IMG/VR virus record: IMGVR_UViG_3300042879_004726
Coordinates: 5,771-69,770 of that record
DNA: 64,000 nt
Direction: 5' to 3' (one strand)
From: a virus
Part shown: in pieces, positions 58,311 through 64,000 of the stretch
How positions within the stretch are numbered: position 1 is the stretch's first letter
Layout of the letters: each line of letters begins with the position of its first letter
Notes under the pieces: model-generated
Seen by the model: only the letters and a program-made list of their open reading frames with translations
Told to the model about the DNA's origin: nothing
Database searches by the model: none
Position numbers and translations under genes: made by a program

Positions 58311-60212
58311 TTAATTTCTTACTAAAACTCCATTGGTGTAACTTGAAGATGTAATATAGTTTGATCCTGAAGTGTCTGAACCAGATTCAATATTATCAGA
58401 AATCAAAGATATATTTAACTTATTAATATCTATCTGCAAATAAAGATCCTGTATTCCCAAAATATCATTTGATTCTGGTATAGCGGAAACTTCTATAATT
58501 GGAGTTCCATCTTCATTTTTTTCCGAAGATATAATCTTTAATGGATTTGTTAAAATTTCACCAGTCTCATAATCAATTGTCCCAATAGAATTTTTAATTT
58601 TTATTGGTTGAGTTTCTGAATTCAAATAAAATAGAAATATAGTTCCTTTTTTTAAATTTGAATCTGGAACATCTCCAAAATAAACAGTTTTCGATATTCC
58701 AGATACTTTAAATCCAGATGACTTAATATTATAACCATTTGTATTTTTAATATGAAATTGATTTTTAAAACAAATTTCATATTCAGCAAAAGAGTTAGTA
58801 GATACTTTTAAATTTCTGCGTATTTGAACTCTTGTAATGTTTGATGTAACAGAAGAATCGCTATTGTCTATCAAACTTTGATATTTACTATATTTAAATC
58901 TTGCACCATATTTATTTAATTCTTCAGAATTGGCATAACTCGTAATATTGTTGATAATTTTTGTTTTGGTTGCTTCAATATTCAAAGATGAATTTGAGTT
59001 ATAGTAAACGTTTGAATCAAGTTCAATATAAAGATATTTTAAATCAACTATTTCAGGAATTATTCCAGCAACAGAATATTTTCTAAGTTCATTTTTTATA
59101 TTATCTTTAAGTGAATTTGATAAGAATGAACTATATAAAGGCTTTATTACAACAAAAACTTTTCCATATTGTGGGGGATTTAATTCTTCTCCTCCATATG
59201 CAACTACAGATTCAGCCTCATCATATATTTTTGGAATGATTATTTCATAATCAGATGCAGTGACGGCTCTGTTCTGAGATGAGTATGATCTTGGAGCAAA
59301 ATTACGAATTGAATTGATTGATTCAATTTCCGAACCACTTGAAGAACTATTATTTGTTGTAATTAATGAAACATTTTGATTTACTGTTCTTTGTTTATCA
59401 TCAATTAAAATACCAACAAAATTAAAAAGTGAACATCCGTTTGCTGAAGAACCATTGCAAATTAAGTACGAAACATCAATGTAATTATTTTCCGTCAATT
59501 TTTCACCAAAAATACCATCACCAAAGATAAGTTCATACCTTTCATCTTCAATTTCCTGAAGAAAGAATACTCTTGAGGTTGAATTAATATCTAAAATACT
59601 TGATGAATTTATAAATTTTTTTACGCTACTACTATTTTCAGTATCTCTTATTAGAACTTCTATCGATGATGTATCAACTCCTCGATTTTCAATTATAAAT
59701 CTTTGATTTTTATTATTTGGATCTACAGTAAAATTCTCTTTTGTGAAAGAGCCTTCATAAACATCTATGGACTCAAAGAAAGCAGTTCCATTTATCACTG
59801 GAACTGTAATATCATTTAAGATTGAAAATACAAATCCAGAACCATTAAAATTATTTGTATTACATACAGATCCACGTTTTAGTGTAATCGTTTTAATTGT
59901 GGAATCTATAACATCAACAAAAAAACTGATAGTTGCTTTTGATGATTTTCTTGATCTTGGGACATATCCAATATTTCTTGCCAATGAGACAACATTTTCC
60001 CGAAGTGTAGCACTATCAATAAAAACTTCATTACTTACCATATTTGCATTGTAAGATGCAATATAGGTATTGTAGGCAAGCATATCAATGAGTACAGATA
60101 AATTAGATCCTTCAAAATCATAATCAGTAAAATTTGAGTTTGCTCTCAAATAATCCTGAATTGATGTTTTGATTTGATCGAAATCTAAACTTGTAAAGTT
60201 AACTAAAGACAT
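58311..60212 (-). CDS. gp6: Baseplate wedge subunit
   Basis: LDFDQIK, FTDYDFEGS, DSATLRENVVSLA, QNRAVTASDY. Confidence 0.95.
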   Translation of the reverse strand: MSLVNFTSLDFDQIKTSIQDYLRANSNFTDYDFEGSNLSVLIDMLAYNTYIASYNANMVSNEVFIDSATLRENVVSLARNIGYVPRSRKSSKATISFFVDVIDSTIKTITLKRGSVCNTNNFNGSGFVFSILNDITVPVINGTAFFESIDVYEGSFTKENFTVDPNNKNQRFIIENRGVDTSSIEVLIRDTENSSSVKKFINSSSILDINSTSRVFFLQEIEDERYELIFGDGIFGEKLTENNYIDVSYLICNGSSANGCSLFNFVGILIDDKQRTVNQNVSLITTNNSSSSGSEIESINSIRNFAPRSYSSQNRAVTASDYEIIIPKIYDEAESVVAYGGEELNPPQYGKVFVVIKPLYSSFLSNSLKDNIKNELRKYSVAGIIPEIVDLKYLYIELDSNVYYNSNSSLNIEATKTKIINNITSYANSEELNKYGARFKYSKYQSLIDNSDSSVTSNITRVQIRRNLKVSTNSFAEYEICFKNQFHIKNTNGYNIKSSGFKVSGISKTVYFGDVPDSNLKKGTIFLFYLNSETQPIKIKNSIGTIDYETGEILTNPLKIISSEKNEDGTPIIEVSAIPESNDILGIQDLYLQIDINKLNISLISDNIESGSDTSGSNYITSSSYTNGVLVRN

Positions 60213-60613
60213 TAGCGTACTGATTGTAATGCAAATGTAAGTTTTTGTGGAAGGGCATCAATTCCAACAATATAATATTTAATTGTTACATTATATTCAT
60301 TATATTCATCATTTGGAGATACATTTACCTCAATTAAATTCACTCTAGGCTCATAATTTTGAATTGTATTCTTTATTTCATCTTGAATTATAGAAGCAGA
60401 AATATCACTAATAGTCTCAAATAAACTTTGAGAAACTTTTGAACCTAGATTTTGATTAAAAAATCTTTCTCCGGGTAATGTTAGTACTAGATTGCGAAGA
60501 GAGCGAGCAATTGCAGTCTCATTTTTAATCTCAATTAAATCATAATTTAAAGGATTAATCTGTAGAGACAGACTTATGTCTTTAAATGATTTACTTACTC
60601 GCTCTATCGGCAT
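60212..60613 (-). CDS. gp25: Baseplate wedge subunit
   Basis: FKDISLS, LVLT..GERFF...GS, I.NYEPRV. Confidence 0.94.
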   Translation of the reverse strand: MPIERVSKSFKDISLSLQINPLNYDLIEIKNETAIARSLRNLVLTLPGERFFNQNLGSKVSQSLFETISDISASIIQDEIKNTIQNYEPRVNLIEVNVSPNDEYNEYNVTIKYYIVGIDALPQKLTFALQSVR

Positions 60614-60639
60614 TTAATATACTACATTCTTATGTTTAT

Positions 60640-60885
60640 TTATGCGCCTATCAGAGGCTCTGTACCATATGTCCAATCATCATAGTCATTATCATTGCGA
60701 ATCTTTGAATGAAGTTCGTTCTGAGTTAAAAAATCGTGTTTTTTGGGAGTCTGGTCATCATTTACAATTTCACGAAGCATTTTTTGCTTCGAAATTTTTT
60801 CTTCCCAACCATATTCACTGGATAGGTATTGAGTTCCCCATTGATTTAACATAAAATCTGCATTTTTATCAATTTTTTTAGTCAT
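60640..60885 (-). CDS. Hypothetical protein
   Basis: 81-aa ORF with AGGAG Shine-Dalgarno. Confidence 0.7.
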   Translation of the reverse strand: MTKKIDKNADFMLNQWGTQYLSSEYGWEEKISKQKMLREIVNDDQTPKKHDFLTQNELHSKIRNDNDYDDWTYGTEPLIGA

Positions 60886-60892
60886 TTGTTTC

Positions 60893-60938
60893 TCCTGATT
60901 TGTTTAAATCAGAACTTTTTACGGGGTTTCTATCCCGT
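60893..60938 (-). promoter_or_regulatory. Two-hairpin leader overlapping the Shine-Dalgarno
   Basis: ACGGG-ATAGAAAC-CCCGT, AAAAAGTT spacer, then CTGATTT-AAAC-AAATCAG running into GAG. Confidence 0.45.
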
Positions 60939-61390
60939 TAATCTAGTATATCAATATCATCATCGAGAATTTCTTTGAGATAATCATCATCCCATAGATT
61001 ATAATAATCAGTTTTTGCCAGTGATTCTCTAATTTTTCTTAATTTTTTTGTAGGTTGAGCTAAAATTAAGTTATATTTACCATTGTTTGTTTTAATTCCC
61101 TGTAAATATGTATCATATGATCCACAGTCTTCAAAAAATTTCCAATTATCATATTTTAGATTATAAAAGTCTACCCAGGATTGTACTGCACAAAGATCAA
61201 AATGGTCTTCTATAATGTAGATGATCACCTGATAGTCTTCAATTGGTTTAATTTCTTCTACAGAACACTCTATGATTTTATATTTTGCAGTTGAAGCGAA
61301 TGGACATATCGCAAATCCCTTTAATTCAGTTCTCACTTGAGATACTTCTTTAATCCAATTCAGAATATAAATTTCCTTTTCTGTAGACAT
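60938..61390 (-). CDS. Hypothetical protein (CPFA motif)
   Basis: 150-aa ORF; GFAICPFA and C-terminal R..LAKT.YY..W. Confidence 0.7.
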   Translation of the reverse strand: MSTEKEIYILNWIKEVSQVRTELKGFAICPFASTAKYKIIECSVEEIKPIEDYQVIIYIIEDHFDLCAVQSWVDFYNLKYDNWKFFEDCGSYDTYLQGIKTNNGKYNLILAQPTKKLRKIRESLAKTDYYNLWDDDYLKEILDDDIDILD

Positions 61391-61427
61391 AAAAAAAAAG
61401 AGTGCTTAGTATTATTTAAGCACTCTT
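61391..61427 (-). terminator. Rho-independent terminator
   Basis: AAGAGTGCTTA...TAAGCACTCTT stem followed by a T-run. Confidence 0.75.
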
Positions 61428-61431
61428 GAAA

Positions 61432-61578
61432 TTACTTTCCTTGACCTCTATATTTCTTTTTTTTACCATTGCGAGAAGATGGGCTTAATAAGGTTCTAGA
61501 TGATCTACCCTGTCTTGTCTTTTTCGGAGCCCCAGCCTCAAAAGAAACTTTACCACTTCCACCACCACTCTTAGCCAT
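61432..61578 (-). CDS. Small basic protein (48 aa)
   Basis: Manual ORF MAKSGGGSGKVSFEAGAPKKTRQGRSSRTLLSPSSRNGKKKKYRGQGK with GGAGG Shine-Dalgarno. Confidence 0.75.
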   Translation of the reverse strand: MAKSGGGSGKVSFEAGAPKKTRQGRSSRTLLSPSSRNGKKKKYRGQGK

Positions 61579-61732
61579 TTAAAATTTCCTCCAATTCAAT
61601 TTCATTTAAATCAATAGTATTAGAATCTGTAGATTCAACAAATTCTTTCAGGACTTTCATACATTCATCAACCGAAAGGTTTTTATAAATTTTGCGCCCT
61701 TTATATAAAATATGATAAGAAATCCCGCTCAT
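61571..61732 (-). CDS. Small hypothetical protein (53 aa)
   Basis: Manual ORF MSGISYHILYKGRKIYKNLSVDEC...EIELEEILNG; ATGA overlap with the glycosyltransferase stop. Confidence 0.7.
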   Translation of the reverse strand: MSGISYHILYKGRKIYKNLSVDECMKVLKEFVESTDSNTIDLNEIELEEILNG

Positions 61733-62496
61733 ATAATACGAGTTTTTTCATGTCCAACACGAATGCGAGGATCGCACCAGATATCATATCCAGCTTCTTT
61801 TGCATCAAGACAGAATGAAACATCCTCTCCACACATATCCTGAACTGCACCAGATTCAAAAACCTGCATCTTTGGAGCAAACCAAGGATATTCAAGATTT
61901 TCAAAAACGCCCTTCTTAATCAGAACCCATCCAAATCCAGTATAGTCTACTGTAAATGGCTTACGACGCTTTGAGATACTTTCTACGGTTTCATGATTCA
62001 TCACTCCACCATTTGAACGGAAATCATCTTCTTCTAGCCAATGAGCGACAGAAGTTGTGTGTCCATCTTCAGTTGCATACCATCCTGCGACAACCTCACG
62101 CTCTTCATTATTCTCTGAAAGAGCAAGGTCACATAATTGCCAGAACTGTTGAGTATTGAAGACAATATCCGAATCAATCCAAAGTTGATAATCATATTCA
62201 AGTTTTCCATCCCAAGGAATTTGCTTTGGTCCACGAAGAACATTCGCACCAAGACATTTACATCTAGCAAAGTTAACCATTGATGAATAATCTTGAGAAA
62301 TCTGAATACTCATTCCATTTTGAACTAAATCAAAACAAAGTTGAACAAATGCTTTCAGAAAAATGAAAGAACATCCTCTTCCAGGTAAACAGAATACAAT
62401 TGATTTACCTTGCATTCTTTGTTTAATTGCATCATAATCCCATTCTTGTTCTTTGGGTTTTGGTGATGCAGCTTTTACAGTAAATCCACGAGCCAT
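61729..62496 (-). CDS. GT-A fold (GT2-like) glycosyltransferase
   Basis: V.FAR, LWIDSDI (DxD), TGFGWVLIK..VFE, GEDVSFC, VGHEK. Confidence 0.82.
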   Translation of the reverse strand: MARGFTVKAASPKPKEQEWDYDAIKQRMQGKSIVFCLPGRGCSFIFLKAFVQLCFDLVQNGMSIQISQDYSSMVNFARCKCLGANVLRGPKQIPWDGKLEYDYQLWIDSDIVFNTQQFWQLCDLALSENNEEREVVAGWYATEDGHTTSVAHWLEEDDFRSNGGVMNHETVESISKRRKPFTVDYTGFGWVLIKKGVFENLEYPWFAPKMQVFESGAVQDMCGEDVSFCLDAKEAGYDIWCDPRIRVGHEKTRII

Positions 62497-62520
62497 AAAT
62501 TAATCTCCAGTGTCAAATCA

Positions 62521-62550
62521 ATTTTAACAGTTTATATAGGCAGTTGTCAA
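62521..62550 (-). promoter_or_regulatory. sigma70-type promoter
   Basis: TTGACA-18nt-TAAAAT with TGn, upstream of the glycosyltransferase. Confidence 0.6.
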
Positions 62551-62738
62551 TATGATGAGTTTAGTGTTATTTCGGAATTATTATGAAGTTCTTCATAAGA
62601 TAAGTCCTCTAAATTATAATCGGTGTGCATTAACCCAACAAGACGGTTTAATGTTTTCCAAGTAATTTTGAATTCATCTTCGTTTAGTGTATGAAATAAA
62701 CAAGTATTCTTTGCGTAAATGTGATAAATTTTATTCAT
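62547..62738 (-). CDS. Small hypothetical protein
   Basis: 63-aa ORF KIYHIYAK..CLFH.L...LSYEEL. Confidence 0.65.
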   Translation of the reverse strand: MNKIYHIYAKNTCLFHTLNEDEFKITWKTLNRLVGLMHTDYNLEDLSYEELHNNSEITLNSSY

Positions 62739-62993
62739 ATAAAACCTTTTATATTAAAAATTTTTGGCAAAAATTTTTTTACCTTATTTTATTTTGCAAT
62801 TAAATTATATATCCAAACAATTAAAATTCCTAATGGAAATCCAATAATTTGAAAAAATTTTTGTGGATATCTGATTATCCAACCGGCAAGAATAACTTTC
62901 CAAAAATTCCAATATGGAGTTTTTTTATATGCGTACTTATGATGCATTTTTTTCTTTGAAAAATTTTTTTAAGAGAGATAAATCGAGGGAGGT

Positions 62994-63734
62994 TTAGTAG
63001 TCAACAATTAAATTCCAAATTTTTGTTTCTTTTCTTCTTGCAGTAGAAAGATTACTTGCAATTTTATTGATTAATAAATTTTTATTTTTCATTCTACTAT
63101 AAACAAAATCATAATTTTCCTTTACCCATTCTCTTAGATTATTTCCTTTCCACATCTGTCCTGTTAATGTATCGGTAATCGTATAAGACTTATGATTTGG
63201 TTCAGATGCATTTTTAAATCTAGTAATCCATCTTAAATTTGTATAATGATTATTTAATTTATTTCTATCAATATGGTCTATCTCATTATAATTATTTGGA
63301 TTTGATACAAATGCTTCTGCAACTAATTGATGAATTGACCTTTTAATTTGCTTATAATTTCCATTCTCATCTATAATTGAGATATTCACACATTCATATT
63401 GATGTTCTGGATATTTTGGATTTCCCCTGAGAGCTGGTTTAAGTTCTATTAATCCATACTCATTGATTTTCCCATATTTTCCATTTCTATCACATTTTCC
63501 TGGTCTGCGATATACTCTCCCGTCCTCTGTAATATAATATCCAGGAAACTCAGTTTCTTTCATTTCACTCGGAATTTTTATTGGAGGATAATTATAAACT
63601 ACTTTTTGTTTTGGAACTGCAATCGACATATTCCACTCCTCTCTGGGTTTCTTTAAGTAAACCCATTTCCCATCATTTTTGATGAATTTTGCACCCTGGG
63701 AATTTGTTTTAATTGTGCCTTCTGGATATTTCAT
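62994..63734 (-). CDS. HNH homing endonuclease
   Basis: GYYITEDGRVY (NUMOD4-like), SIHQLVAEAFV.NP, IDHIDRNKLNNHYTNLRW. Confidence 0.88.
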   Translation of the reverse strand: MKYPEGTIKTNSQGAKFIKNDGKWVYLKKPREEWNMSIAVPKQKVVYNYPPIKIPSEMKETEFPGYYITEDGRVYRRPGKCDRNGKYGKINEYGLIELKPALRGNPKYPEHQYECVNISIIDENGNYKQIKRSIHQLVAEAFVSNPNNYNEIDHIDRNKLNNHYTNLRWITRFKNASEPNHKSYTITDTLTGQMWKGNNLREWVKENYDFVYSRMKNKNLLINKIASNLSTARRKETKIWNLIVDY

Positions 63735-64000
63735 AATTTAATCAACTTTTTGGGGGAAAAAATTTACTGAAATTTTTTTTATTTGAAAGATAATCACTCT
63801 CTCGAATTGTCACCTCTGTAGGTTAGGGTAGTATTCGATTTTTTATAAGGGGGGGGGGCTTAAGAACGGGCGAGGGGGGGGCGAGGGGCTTAGGGGCGCA
63901 TCGCCCGATATAAAGAATAACAAACAACATAAAATAACTGTCTATAAACGAATAACAACACACGAATAAAACATATAATCGTGTTAATTACACTGTTATT
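63735..64000. other. Non-coding region with A/T tracts, a hairpin and G-runs
   Basis: No ORF in the track; G10, G3, G8, G4, G4 runs at 63849-63896. Confidence 0.55.

Noticed and set aside
3070-62270. Numerous 60-130 aa track ORFs overlapping large genes (antisense or alternate frame)
   Set aside because: Nested in well-supported genes, with no motifs or ribosome-binding sites; expected by chance
1-64000. CRISPR array, tRNA or rRNA genes
   Set aside because: No regularly spaced direct repeats or cloverleaf/T-loop signatures seen by eye in the intergenic gaps; a covariance search was not run
1-64000. Photosynthesis auxiliary genes (psbA, psbD, hli)
   Set aside because: None recognisable in this window, so the cyanophage assignment rests on synteny and small conserved ORFs

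Overview
This window is 64 kb of an AT-rich T4-like myophage, very probably a cyanophage, judging from gene order, cyanophage-type small ORFs and a DUF3110-like gene. Almost everything is on the minus strand. Reading in the direction of transcription (right to left): a non-coding A-tract/G-tract region with an HNH endonuclease gene; a GT2-like glycosyltransferase; baseplate genes (gp25, gp6, a gp7-like gene broken by an in-frame stop, gp8, a 2535-aa structural protein); neck gp13/14/15; terminase gp16/gp17; tail gp18/19; portal gp20; prohead gp21/22; capsid gp23; gp3, uvsY, uvsW, gp55, gp47/46; an accessory late cluster; primase gp61; and the 5' end of nrdA. Three observations stand out. (1) The packaging motor carries three inteins: a Met1 class-3 intein in gp17, an atypically split Ser1 intein that fractures gp17 into two genes bridged by a 35-codon endonuclease-like remnant, and an HNH intein ending Cys-Asn in the portal. 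(2) Several late proteins look like capsid-packaged, prohead-protease-processed cargo: a nucleotidyltransferase with a T4-like capsid-targeting leader, an 863-aa protein hiding a HAD phosphatase-like domain, and a 699-aa modular protein. (3) There is a possible NblA-like gene, a bidirectional promoter and a G-quadruplex-like motif. All family assignments come from motif recognition by eye; no database searches were run.
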